Of a stretch of DNA of 64,000 nt, positions 38,353 to 47,875 are shown piece after piece; the first letter of the stretch is position 1; each line of letters starts with the position of its first letter. Both the position numbers and the translations under genes were made by a program. This stretch comes from an uncultured bacterium (GTDB taxonomy: Bacteria; Oederibacteriota; JAAXVQ01; JAUVAV01): the NCBI GenBank assembly GCA_963710755.1, contig CAVQBK010000003.1:672001-736000 (forward strand), read 5' to 3'. The notes beneath the pieces were generated by a model, which searched no databases, was not told the DNA's origin, and worked only from the letters and a program-made list of their open reading frames with translations.

Positions 38353-38388
38353 GTTTATAGAGTACAGGCATGGCTGTACTCTATAAAC
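38353..38388 (-). terminator. perfect 15-bp hairpin, terminator-like on the minus strand
   Basis: GTTTATAGAGTACAG-gcatgg-CTGTACTCTATAAAC preceded by A6 on the + strand. Confidence 0.5.
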
Positions 38389-38476
38389 ACGGATAGATAC
38401 AGCATCCCATCCGCAACAAGATCCAACTAATAATTGGTAATGACTTGATCGCGGCAGTGATGAGGAGGTGAAAACC

Positions 38477-39361
38477 ATGAAGGTTAAATGGCAATGGGTC
38501 GTGACCCTGGTGAGCCTAATGGCTCTGGCAGGTCCGCTATGGGCGGAAGGGCCGGCAGCCCAGGTGGGTAGTTTCAATCAACCATCCACGCCGGTAGCGA
38601 GCGAAAAGTTAAAGGCCAGCATTGATCAGCGTGTATTCGAAGCACCGCAAAAACCCTGGTCCGTGCCCCCGGTGCCCATGGAGGTGAGTGGGGAAGGGAT
38701 CGCCCTATTCTATCTGGTGCCGTGGGAACGGGTGGCTGGATTAATGCCTTCCGGGCTAAAACCCTTTCCCGGACCGGATAAAATCTGGTTCCGTGTGGAT
38801 TGCCTCAACTGGAAAAAGCTGACGGTCAAGGTTAACGATGACCTTAAGAAGGTCAAACCTTTTTTAGAACTGGATTACCGGTTTATGGTGACCAAGGACG
38901 GACAGCTTGGAAGTTACCCGATCAGGCTACAGATGAATGAGCTGCATGCCGTGCTTTGGGCCCGGGCCCATGGTTCTTATCCTGCGTTTAAAATCAACGT
39001 GGCCTATGCCAATTTTTCCCCTTATATTCATATTTTTCAATTCCGCAATGATGAATTGGCTACAGCTGTGGTGGAAGCCAATCCCTTGGAAGGCCTATCG
39101 TCCAACCTGAATGATCTGTTTAACCGTAAAGCTGATGCCGACTTATGGGCAGCCGGCGGTCTGGATTTTGTGGTCAATGCCGAAACCGGAGAAATTAAAA
39201 CCCTTAAAAGAGCCTTTTCAGCTTCGGTTAAAAGCGCCGCCGTGGAGACATTGTTGCTGCGGGATCCACGGAAGTGGGGCCTTTTAACCGCTGAGGAAAT
39301 AAAAAATCCGGACAAAGTTTTAATCCTGGACTCCATTAACGGGCGCTGGTTAGGACAATAA
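38477..39361 (+). CDS. exported hypothetical protein, possibly acetoacetate-decarboxylase-like fold
   Basis: Signal peptide; YLVPWERVAGLMPSGLKP, FLELDYRFMV, AVLWARAHGSYP patterns. Confidence 0.55.
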   Translation: MKVKWQWVVTLVSLMALAGPLWAEGPAAQVGSFNQPSTPVASEKLKASIDQRVFEAPQKPWSVPPVPMEVSGEGIALFYLVPWERVAGLMPSGLKPFPGPDKIWFRVDCLNWKKLTVKVNDDLKKVKPFLELDYRFMVTKDGQLGSYPIRLQMNELHAVLWARAHGSYPAFKINVAYANFSPYIHIFQFRNDELATAVVEANPLEGLSSNLNDLFNRKADADLWAAGGLDFVVNAETGEIKTLKRAFSASVKSAAVETLLLRDPRKWGLLTAEEIKNPDKVLILDSINGRWLGQ

Positions 39362-40140
39362 TGATGGCCACTTCGCGGCGCACCTATCCCCAATTACCAC
39401 AGGTGGTGGCCTGGATGGATAAAGCCCTGCAGGTTGGTGCCATTCCCGACCGCAGTCTTAACGGTTTGCAGGTGGAAGGCCGCAGTCCGGTGAAGCAAAT
39501 TGCCCTGGCTGTGGATGCCACTTGGGAAACCTTTTCAGCAGCCGCGGCCTGTCAGGCTGACTTGTTGATAGTTCATCACGGCCTTTTTTGGGGTCAGCCT
39601 CTGGCGGTGACAGGCCTGCATTACCAGCGTCTCAAGCTTCTGCTCGATCATGGCATCAGCCTATACGCGTCCCATTTGCCACTTGATCGGCATGCCCTTT
39701 GGGGCAATAATGCCAGGTTGGCTCAGGGTGTCAAGCTTCAGGCTGTAAAACCCTTTGGTGATTATCATGGTGTGACTATTGGTGTGGGTGGGCAATGGAG
39801 TCAGAGCCCACGGTTGCCGGTCCTGGCCAATAAGATCGGCCAGATTATCCAAACAGAAGTCAAAATCTTGTCTTTTGGACCTGCCAAGGTCAGCCGGTTG
39901 GCCATCGTGTCCGGCGGTGGAGGATCGCTCCTGAGTCAGGCTCATCAAGAAGGCTACGACACCTTCTTAACGGGAGAGCTGCTTCATCAAGAAGTGCCCT
40001 TGGCTAAAGAGCTGAACATGAATGTCATTATTGGCGGTCATTACGCCACCGAGACTCTGGGTGTGCAAGCCCTGGGCCGGGCGGTGGCCAAAGCCTTTGG
40101 CCTGCGCACCTGCTTTTTGGATTGTCCCACCGGGTTTTGA
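39361..40140 (+). CDS. Nif3-like dinuclear metal centre protein
   Basis: NGLQVEG, VHHGLFW, SHLPLD.H, GHYATE. Confidence 0.94.
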   Translation: MMATSRRTYPQLPQVVAWMDKALQVGAIPDRSLNGLQVEGRSPVKQIALAVDATWETFSAAAACQADLLIVHHGLFWGQPLAVTGLHYQRLKLLLDHGISLYASHLPLDRHALWGNNARLAQGVKLQAVKPFGDYHGVTIGVGGQWSQSPRLPVLANKIGQIIQTEVKILSFGPAKVSRLAIVSGGGGSLLSQAHQEGYDTFLTGELLHQEVPLAKELNMNVIIGGHYATETLGVQALGRAVAKAFGLRTCFLDCPTGF

Positions 40141-40331
40141 TTATCGCCGGACCGGCGCTTTAGATGCAGGTTCAGCCAGATCTAAGTTTAGAGGATAATA
40201 TTTATTACCTCTGATTCTTGTGAAAGTAAGGGCTCAACTCAACCTGTTAAGACCATGTTCAAAAACCAGTCGAACCGGAAAAAAATTAAGGGCTTACCAG
40301 TTTAGAAAAATGACCAGGCGCAAGGATCAGC

Positions 40332-40361
40332 TTGACGCCGGGCCTCTGGGTTTAGTATGAT
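40332..40361 (+). promoter_or_regulatory. putative tRNA promoter
   Basis: TTGACG-18nt-TATGAT about 20 nt upstream of the tRNA. Confidence 0.55.
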
Positions 40362-40382
40362 AGGGCAACTTTTGGAACTATT

Positions 40383-40459
40383 GGGCGGATAACTCAGTCG
40401 GTTAGAGTGCCATCTTCACATGGTGGAAGTCGAAGGTTCGAATCCTTTTCCGCCCACCA
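40383..40459 (+). tRNA. tRNA-Val(CAC)
   Basis: Cloverleaf: acceptor GGGCGGA/TCCGCCC, anticodon arm CCATC-TTCACAT-GGTGG, T-loop TTCGAAT, discriminator A, encoded CCA. Confidence 0.95.
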
Positions 40460-40625
40460 ATCTTCTTTAGCTCAATTTAATATGGTTTAAGCTGTTTTTG
40501 GCCTGCCTGAGGACTTTCACCATAAGCTTAGATAATTTCATCCTGCCTGTTGATTTTCGTTTATTAAATAGCCTAGTTGTGAAATAATGTGCATTCTAAC
40601 TTAATATGATTGAAGGAAATAGCCA

Positions 40626-41267
40626 ATGTCCAGCCAGGGCTTGTTTTTAACCTTGGAAGGTCCCGACGGTTCAGGGAAAAGCACCCAATTTAAACTATTG
40701 GTTGATCGTTTAAAGCGCCATGGTTATAAAGTGAAGGAAACCAGAGAACCCGGTGGTCCTCCCTTGTCCGAAAAAATAAGGGAATTGTTGTTATCCACGC
40801 AGCACGGCGGTCCAACCAAAGAAGCGGAGTTACTTTTGTTTTTAGCGGCTCGGGCGCAACATGTGGACCAAACGATCTTGCCCTTTCTCCACCGCGGCTA
40901 CATCGTGGCCTGCGAACGGTTCAGTGATTCCACCTATGCCTATCAGGTGGGTGGCCGCGGCTTGTCCACCCGTGTTTATGAAACCGTTAATCGCTTCGCC
41001 ACCAAGGGGTTGAAACCATCCTTGACCATCTTACTCGACATTAATCCAACCCTGGGATTGAAGCGCGCCTACCAAGCCAAAAAAAAACACGACCGCATGG
41101 AAACTGAATCCTCGGCTTTTGCCCGCCGCGTTCGGCAAAGTTATTTGGCTTTAGCACGGAAAGAACCGGCTCGTATTAAAGTGGTCAAAGCTGATCAGGC
41201 GGTTCCGGCGGTAGCCGAAGCCATCTGGACGGTAGTTGAAAAACGTTTGAAAAAAAGGAATTTTTAG
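40626..41267 (+). CDS. tmk: thymidylate kinase
   Basis: EGPDGSGKST, REPGG, ERFSDSTYAYQ. Confidence 0.97.
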   Translation: MSSQGLFLTLEGPDGSGKSTQFKLLVDRLKRHGYKVKETREPGGPPLSEKIRELLLSTQHGGPTKEAELLLFLAARAQHVDQTILPFLHRGYIVACERFSDSTYAYQVGGRGLSTRVYETVNRFATKGLKPSLTILLDINPTLGLKRAYQAKKKHDRMETESSAFARRVRQSYLALARKEPARIKVVKADQAVPAVAEAIWTVVEKRLKKRNF

Positions 41268-41270
41268 CCT

Positions 41271-42275
41271 ATGCCCTTTTCAAGCATTGAAGGTCAAGAT
41301 CGGGCCATTAATTATTTAAAGCGCAGCCTTGGCCAAGCCCGGCTGGGTCATGCCTTGCTGTTTACGGGTCCAGAAGGCGTGGGCAAAAAGGCCACGGCCC
41401 TGGCTTTGGCTCAGGTGCTTAATTGTCAGGACCAGCAAGGCCAGGATGCCTGCGGCGTATGCAGTGCCTGTAAAAAAATCATGGATCACCATCATCCGGA
41501 CATTCAGGTGGTTGCGCCGGAAGGGCAGTACATTAAAATTGACCAAATCCGGGAGCAAGTGCAGCATCAGGTTCTGCTCAATCCCATGGAAGGCAGGGTC
41601 AAGGTTTATATTATTGATGCGGCGGATAGCATGACCGTGGAAGCGGCCAATAGTCTGCTTAAAATACTGGAAGAGCCGCCCAGCTTCGTGGTGTTGGTTC
41701 TGATAGCCACTCAACCCTTTCTGCTGCTCGATACCATTCGCTCCCGCTGTCAGGAAGTCCGTTTCCATCCCCTGCCGATCTCGCTAATGGCGACGTGGGT
41801 GCAGCAGCACCTGGGTCTGGGTAAATTGGAAGCTCTGGCCTTGGCCCGGCTCTCCGGCGGACGTCCGGCCGAAGCCCAGCGTCTGGCCGGCACGGAAGCG
41901 CAAAGTCTGCGGCGTTTGGTGATTGAGCAACTCCGGGAAACTTTCAACAGCGGCCGGTGGGCGCAGGCCACCCAAGCCCTCATGGAAACCAGAAGCGAGT
42001 TACCCGAGGCTTTGGGCATGATGCTCAGCTGGTTTCGCGATGTACTGTTGCTCTCGGCCGGCGGTCCTCAAGAACTGGTGGTCAATGTGGATTACCTGGA
42101 TGAACTTAATCACTGGGCTCAGGCAGCACCACAAACACGATGGGCACAAGACTGTCAGCTGATCCTGACGGCCATCAACCAATTGAAACGAAATATCAAT
42201 CTGCAGTTAATGCTGGACGTTTTATTAATGCGGCTTGGCTATAAGAACCGGCCCGGCCAAACATCCACGGCTTAA
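41271..42275 (+). CDS. holB: DNA polymerase III delta' subunit
   Basis: GPEGVGK, Zn motif C..CGVCSAC, HPD, ANSLLKILEEPP, TIRSRC. Confidence 0.95.
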   Translation: MPFSSIEGQDRAINYLKRSLGQARLGHALLFTGPEGVGKKATALALAQVLNCQDQQGQDACGVCSACKKIMDHHHPDIQVVAPEGQYIKIDQIREQVQHQVLLNPMEGRVKVYIIDAADSMTVEAANSLLKILEEPPSFVVLVLIATQPFLLLDTIRSRCQEVRFHPLPISLMATWVQQHLGLGKLEALALARLSGGRPAEAQRLAGTEAQSLRRLVIEQLRETFNSGRWAQATQALMETRSELPEALGMMLSWFRDVLLLSAGGPQELVVNVDYLDELNHWAQAAPQTRWAQDCQLILTAINQLKRNINLQLMLDVLLMRLGYKNRPGQTSTA

Positions 42276-42311
42276 GCTTGGGATGAAGTATGAATATTGA
42301 GGTGGCAAACA

Positions 42312-43313
42312 ATGCCTGAAGTTATAGGAATGCAAATGATGAAAGGCGGCATGGTGCACTATTGCTATCCCGCTAAAAACAGTGACCAGTTGAATTTATA
42401 TGATTACGGCGTAGTGGAGAGCGAACACGGTCCGCAATTGGGAAAAGTGATCCATCCCCTGAAACAAATGGACAGGAATGTCTTACCGGAGAAAATCAAA
42501 CCCCTTTTGCGCAAAGCCACGGACAAGGATATGGCTCAATTCGAAGCCAATATAAAAAAAGAAAAAGAAGCCTACAAATTATGCCGGCAAAAAGCACTTG
42601 AAAAGAAGTTAGCCATGAAACTGGTGGATGTTAGCTATTCCCTGGACGCCCGCAAGGCGGTGTTTTATTTTACCGCGGAAAACCGGGTGGATTTTCGTGA
42701 ACTGGTCAAAGATTTGGCGCATACCCTTAGGGTCAAAATCGAGATGCGTCAAATCGGGGTGCGTGATGAAGCCCGCCGGCTGGGCGGGGTGGGATGCTGT
42801 GGCCGGAGTTTGTGCTGCTGTACCTTTTTAAAAGATTTTGTCTCCGTATCCATCCGCATGGCCAAAGAACAAAATTTATCTCTCAATCCTGCCAAAGTTT
42901 CCGGTCTCTGCGGCCGGTTGATGTGTTGTTTGTCCTATGAATATTACGGCAAAGGCAAGACTAAAAAAGGCAGACCCCAGACCGCGGATGGAAACGAGCC
43001 GGCTGTGGAGGCTGTCTGTACCATGAAGGATGAGGAAACGCCGGCCTGTATGGCGGCCTGCGAGGGACCTTGCCCAGCTGATCAGACAGTTCCTCCGGCA
43101 GAACCGGAAGAAAAGCCGTTGCCGGCGCAGGCCCTTGCGGACACCCCCGTGCCGCCGACACCGCAGCGCCAGGCCAATGGCCAGGACAGCCAACGACCGA
43201 ATAAGCATAAGCGGCGGCCGCCGCATAAACACCACCGTTTCAAAGCCAAACCAAAGGGCCATAGTCCGAGTGATGGACCTAAGTCGGGCGGCCCCTCAAC
43301 GGAAGGAAGGTAA
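42312..43313 (+). CDS. ricT: PSP1/YaaT (RicT) family Fe-S protein
   Basis: RVDFRELV, QIGVRDEA, GCCGRSLCC, SGLCGRLMCCL. Confidence 0.92.
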   Translation: MPEVIGMQMMKGGMVHYCYPAKNSDQLNLYDYGVVESEHGPQLGKVIHPLKQMDRNVLPEKIKPLLRKATDKDMAQFEANIKKEKEAYKLCRQKALEKKLAMKLVDVSYSLDARKAVFYFTAENRVDFRELVKDLAHTLRVKIEMRQIGVRDEARRLGGVGCCGRSLCCCTFLKDFVSVSIRMAKEQNLSLNPAKVSGLCGRLMCCLSYEYYGKGKTKKGRPQTADGNEPAVEAVCTMKDEETPACMAACEGPCPADQTVPPAEPEEKPLPAQALADTPVPPTPQRQANGQDSQRPNKHKRRPPHKHHRFKAKPKGHSPSDGPKSGGPSTEGR

Positions 43314-43318
43314 TCCCC

Positions 43319-44866
43319 ATGGGCGACAGAAAATTTTATATCACCACGGCCATCACTTATGCCAATTCCAAACCTCACATTGGCCATGCCTATGAGGAGA
43401 TTGGTACTGATGCCTTGGCCCGCTGGAAACGGCTCAATGGCTATGATGTCTGGTTTTCTACTGGTTCCGATGAGCATTCGGCTAATGTGGAAAACAAATG
43501 TAAAACCTTGGATAAGGATTGCCAGACTTACTGCGACGAGATGGCCACCATCTTTAAGGAGACCTGGCGCACGCTGGGGATTTCTTTTGACCGCTTTATC
43601 CAGACCTCGGAACCGATTCATCATCAGGCTGCCCAGGAAATGGTCAGACGAGCCAGGGCCAACGGCGATATATACAAAGGCAAGTATGAAGGCTGGTATT
43701 GCAATTCCTGCGAAACCTATTACACGGAGAATGAACTCGAGGATGGCCAATGTCCTATTCACGGCTTGAAGCCCACCTGGCTATCGGAAGAAAATTATTT
43801 TTTTAAATTGTCCGGGTTCCAGCAGCGTCTTCTGGATCACATTGAGGCTCATCCGGATTTCATTCAACCCCTGTCCCGGAAGAACGAAGTGGTCAATGTC
43901 ATCAAGGAGGGTCTCAAAGACATTTCAGTGTCCCGGGCTACCATGACTTGGGGCATTCCTTTTCCCGATGATCCGGAACACGTGATCTATGTCTGGTTTG
44001 ATGCTCTGATCAATTATTTATCGGCCGTGGGATTTCCCCAGGACATGCAGATGTTTGAACGTTACTGGCCCTGCGATGTACATGTCATTGGTAAAGACAT
44101 CACCCGTTTTCATTGCATTATTTGGCCGGCTATGCTCATGTCAGCAGGGCTGCCGCTGCCCAAGAAGGTATTTGGCCACGGCTTCATTTATTTAAAAGGG
44201 GAGAAGATCTCCAAGACCAGGGGCAATGTGCTTGATCCCATTGCCTTCAGCCAGGAATATGGTGTGGATCCGCTGCGGTATGTGCTGCTGGCCGGCAGTC
44301 AATACGCCGGGGACAGTGATTTCAGCGAAGAAGGTATGATTGAGCGGTACAATACCGATCTGGCCAATGACATGGGCAATTTGCTTAACCGCACCTTGTC
44401 CATGGTCAATAAATATTGCGATGGTCTGGTGCCCTCGGACGGCAAGGCGGATCCCGACTTGGATCAATCCCTGAAAAGCATGGCGGACACCTTGTGGACA
44501 CGGGTGGACCAGGCCATGAACCAGCTTGATTTCGCCGGAGCTATGGCTGCGGTTTGGGAGTTGGTCAAGCGCGCCAACAAATATATTGAAGAGTGTGCTC
44601 CCTGGAGCGCCTATAAAGAAAACCATCAGGCGCGGGTGGACGCCATCATGTATAACCTGCTGGAGGTCTTGCGCTTGGTAGCCGCCTACATTGAGCCGAT
44701 CATGCCCGGTACCACGCCTAGGATATTGGGACAATTGGGATATAGTGCTTCTTACCGGTTACCGCTCTTTCCGGAGGCAGGCAGATGGGGACAGGTTCCA
44801 GCAGGTCAGGCCATCGCCAAAGGCGATCCCCTGTTTCCGCGTATTGAAAAAGAAGAGAAAGCGTAA
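43319..44866 (+). CDS. metG: methionyl-tRNA synthetase (short form)
   Basis: HIGH, YVWFDAL, GKDITRFH, KISKT; Zn knuckle. Confidence 0.97.
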   Translation: MGDRKFYITTAITYANSKPHIGHAYEEIGTDALARWKRLNGYDVWFSTGSDEHSANVENKCKTLDKDCQTYCDEMATIFKETWRTLGISFDRFIQTSEPIHHQAAQEMVRRARANGDIYKGKYEGWYCNSCETYYTENELEDGQCPIHGLKPTWLSEENYFFKLSGFQQRLLDHIEAHPDFIQPLSRKNEVVNVIKEGLKDISVSRATMTWGIPFPDDPEHVIYVWFDALINYLSAVGFPQDMQMFERYWPCDVHVIGKDITRFHCIIWPAMLMSAGLPLPKKVFGHGFIYLKGEKISKTRGNVLDPIAFSQEYGVDPLRYVLLAGSQYAGDSDFSEEGMIERYNTDLANDMGNLLNRTLSMVNKYCDGLVPSDGKADPDLDQSLKSMADTLWTRVDQAMNQLDFAGAMAAVWELVKRANKYIEECAPWSAYKENHQARVDAIMYNLLEVLRLVAAYIEPIMPGTTPRILGQLGYSASYRLPLFPEAGRWGQVPAGQAIAKGDPLFPRIEKEEKA

Positions 44867-44873
44867 ATAGTTA

Positions 44874-46268
44874 ATGTTGGAGTTTATAGATACTCATATC
44901 CACTTGGACGATGAACGTTATCAAGAAGACTTGCCGGAAGTTTTGGTCCGTGCTCGCCAGGCAGGCGTCAGCACCTTGATTAATGCCGGGTCTACAGTGG
45001 AGGCCAATGTCAATATTTTGAAGCTGCTTCAAGAGCAGCCTGAACTTTATGGAGCCGTGGGGCTTCATCCCCATGAATTTCCCGCCCACTCCTTGGATGT
45101 GCTCAAGACGCTGCCTCTGCAATTGGCTCAGGAAAAAATAGTGGCCTTGGGAGAGATCGGCTTGGACTATCATGTATTTCCAGATTATCCTGCGCCCGAT
45201 CACGACGCCCAGCAGCAAGCTTTTCGGGCACAATTAAGGTTGGCCAGGATTTTTGAACTGCCGCTGATTGTGCATGTGCGCGAGGCCATGGAGGACGCTC
45301 TGCGCCTGCTAAGAGAAGAAGGCCCTTTCCCCCAAGGCGGTGTTCTGCATTGTTACAGCAGCGGGGTGGAAGACCTACCGGCGGTGTTGAACCTGGGTTT
45401 TTTTATTGGCATCGGCGGACCGGTCACCTATCCCAAGGCTGAAGCCACCCGCCAGGCGGTCCGGGCTGCACCCTTGGAGCGCCTATTGCTCGAGACGGAT
45501 GCACCCTATTTGCCGCCACAGTCGCACCGTGGGCAGCGACATGAACCGGCTTGGATGTTGGAGAGTGCTGCGGCTGTAGCCGAGCTCAGAGGCCTGAGCC
45601 TGGAACAATTGGCTCAAGCTACCAGTGCCAATGCCAAAGGACTGTTTAAATTGGGTCCGATTCACCCGGGGACCATCGTTTATGACATCCAGGGGCATTT
45701 ATATATTAATTTAACCAATCGCTGTAGCAGCCATTGCCGCTTTTGTCCCCGCAAGGTCCGGCGGCAGGTGCGGGGCTATGACTTAACTTTAAAGCGAGAA
45801 CCCTTGGCCAAGGAAATCATTACAGCTATCGGCGATCCCAAGGACTATGCGGAAATTGTCTTTTGCGGATTTGGGGAGCCCACCTTACGCCTGCCCGTGT
45901 TGTTGGAAGTCGCCCGGGCCGTCAAGGCTAAAGGCGGCAGGGTACGGGTCAACAGCAACGGCCAGGCCGACAAGATTTTCGAACACGATATTTTACCGGC
46001 TTGTCAGGGGCTGGTGGACACGTGGTCCATCTCGGTCAATACCATCAACGAGCAGGATTACATGCGTATGGTGCAACCGGCGACCGGAGCCGGAACGTTG
46101 GCGGCGGTCATGGATTTTGCCCGCCGGGCGGCGGCCGACTTTGAGGTGGTAATCTCCGATGTGGACATGCCGGGAATCGATCTGAGGGGGTTGGCAGCCT
46201 TCGCGCAACAGATTGGCGCACGCTATCGGGGAAGACATTACCAACAGTTAGGGGAACCAGAAGAATAA
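44874..46268 (+). CDS. tatD: TatD hydrolase fused to a TatD-associated radical SAM domain
   Basis: DTHIH, GEIGLDY, ETDAPYL; then YINLTNRCSSHCRFC, VFCGFGEP. Confidence 0.92.
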   Translation: MLEFIDTHIHLDDERYQEDLPEVLVRARQAGVSTLINAGSTVEANVNILKLLQEQPELYGAVGLHPHEFPAHSLDVLKTLPLQLAQEKIVALGEIGLDYHVFPDYPAPDHDAQQQAFRAQLRLARIFELPLIVHVREAMEDALRLLREEGPFPQGGVLHCYSSGVEDLPAVLNLGFFIGIGGPVTYPKAEATRQAVRAAPLERLLLETDAPYLPPQSHRGQRHEPAWMLESAAAVAELRGLSLEQLAQATSANAKGLFKLGPIHPGTIVYDIQGHLYINLTNRCSSHCRFCPRKVRRQVRGYDLTLKREPLAKEIITAIGDPKDYAEIVFCGFGEPTLRLPVLLEVARAVKAKGGRVRVNSNGQADKIFEHDILPACQGLVDTWSISVNTINEQDYMRMVQPATGAGTLAAVMDFARRAAADFEVVISDVDMPGIDLRGLAAFAQQIGARYRGRHYQQLGEPEE

Positions 46269-46405
46269 ATAACTGCATTGTAGCCGCTCAGCTTGCCGAA
46301 TGGCTATCCGGTTTTTGTTGCTAACTTGGTAAAATAAATAGTTAATCTGCTCATCCCCGCCTACGCGGGGTATCGGCGCAAACGGAATAAGGGGAGGACG
46401 AAACA

Positions 46406-47200
46406 GTGGCCGGATCATTTTTAAAACGGGTGGTCAAAGAAAAAAAGGGGGAAGTGGAAAAATCCAAAAAGCGGTTGCCCATGGAGAAGTTGCTTGAAAT
46501 CATGTTGCAGCTGCCGCCGGTAAGAAATTTTCGGGAGGCCCTATACCGGGCGGGTCGCATTTCTGTTATTGCTGAGGTGAAAAAGAAAGTGCCCGGCGCT
46601 CCTTCCTGGAAACCACGTTTGCAATTGCAGAAATTAGTCGCCAGCTACGAGGCGGGGGGAGCGGTGGCGCTTTCCATTGTGACCAATGAAAAACATTTCG
46701 GCACCAAACTGAGTCAGATTGCAGAATTAAAAAAAATGTCCAGTCTGCCTGTTCTGTGCAAAGACTTTATCATCGATCCTTACCAGGTTTATGAAGCCCG
46801 GGCTCATCAGGCCGATGCCTTGCTGTTGTTGCCGGAAATTCTGCACAAGGACTTGCAGCGCTTTATCGAACTGACCTCAGGCATGGGTATGACACCGGTG
46901 GTGGAAGTACATGGCCTGCCCGAATTGAAACTGGCCCTGAAAGCAGGCGCAGATTGTATTATGATTAATAATCGTGATCTCAACACTTTGAAAGTCAACA
47001 TGCAAACCGTGGATCGACTGGCCAAAGCCATTCCCCGCGACAATCTGGTTATAGCGGCCAGCGGTTACAAAACCGCTGAAGATGTCGGCAAGATTCAATC
47101 GGATCGGGTGACGTCGGCATTGATCGGGCGTACGCTCATCAGCGCCAAAGATCCGGAAGCATTGCTCAGGGAGATGCGGCATAAAGCGGAACGGTTATGA
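46406..47200 (+). CDS. trpC: indole-3-glycerol phosphate synthase (divergent)
   Basis: IAEVKK, KDFIIDPYQ, VEVH, INNRDL; overlaps trpF. Confidence 0.88.
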   Translation: MAGSFLKRVVKEKKGEVEKSKKRLPMEKLLEIMLQLPPVRNFREALYRAGRISVIAEVKKKVPGAPSWKPRLQLQKLVASYEAGGAVALSIVTNEKHFGTKLSQIAELKKMSSLPVLCKDFIIDPYQVYEARAHQADALLLLPEILHKDLQRFIELTSGMGMTPVVEVHGLPELKLALKAGADCIMINNRDLNTLKVNMQTVDRLAKAIPRDNLVIAASGYKTAEDVGKIQSDRVTSALIGRTLISAKDPEALLREMRHKAERL

Positions 47201-47814
47201 CCAAGATAAAAGTCTGTGGTCTCACCAGACCGCAGGATGCAGAAATGGCTGTAGCCTATGGGGTGGATGCGGTGGGGCTCATTTTCGCGCCTTCTCCGAG
47301 GCAAGTATCGGAAGCCCAAGCCAGGAAGATCCTGCGGTATGTTCCATCTACAATACTGGTTTTTGGTGTATTTGTGGATCAGGATCCGACCTGGATCCAA
47401 GGCCTGTCCGAACGGCTGGGGTTGGACCGGCTCCAGTTTCATGGGCATGAGCCCGGGCGTTGGCTGCGCCTTTTTCCAACCCGGCGCGTGGTGAAAGCCT
47501 TAAGGCCCCGTGCGCAAGCCCTTGTACCCAAGCAAGATCCGGTACGGGCAGCCGGTACTTTCTTAGTGGATGCTTTTGTAACGGGCCAAGCCGGCGGCAC
47601 CGGTCAGTTGAGCAATTGGTCTTTTGCCCGGAGTTTGAAAAAATTTAATAAGCCGCTTATTCTTTCCGGTGGCCTCAATCCGTCCAATGTTCAGCAAGCG
47701 ATTAAAGCCGTTCAGCCACACATGGTGGATGTTTCCTCCGGTGTGGAATACAGCCCAGGTATTAAACATCCTGCGCGTCTGCGTGCTTTTATTAGAAAAG
47801 TGCGCGAAAGCTAA
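47197..47814 (+). CDS. trpF: phosphoribosylanthranilate isomerase
   Basis: KVCGLT, QFHG, GGTG, SGGL, DVSSGVE. Confidence 0.96.
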   Translation: MTKIKVCGLTRPQDAEMAVAYGVDAVGLIFAPSPRQVSEAQARKILRYVPSTILVFGVFVDQDPTWIQGLSERLGLDRLQFHGHEPGRWLRLFPTRRVVKALRPRAQALVPKQDPVRAAGTFLVDAFVTGQAGGTGQLSNWSFARSLKKFNKPLILSGGLNPSNVQQAIKAVQPHMVDVSSGVEYSPGIKHPARLRAFIRKVRES

Positions 47815-47875
47815 GCATTGGTTGGGCACGCTGATATAGCGAATGGTCTTTGTGCACATGACCGTAAAAACACAA

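Noticed and set aside
40383-40625. tRNA-Val as an integration site
   Set aside because: No integrase and no duplicated tRNA 3' end seen; flanks are housekeeping genes
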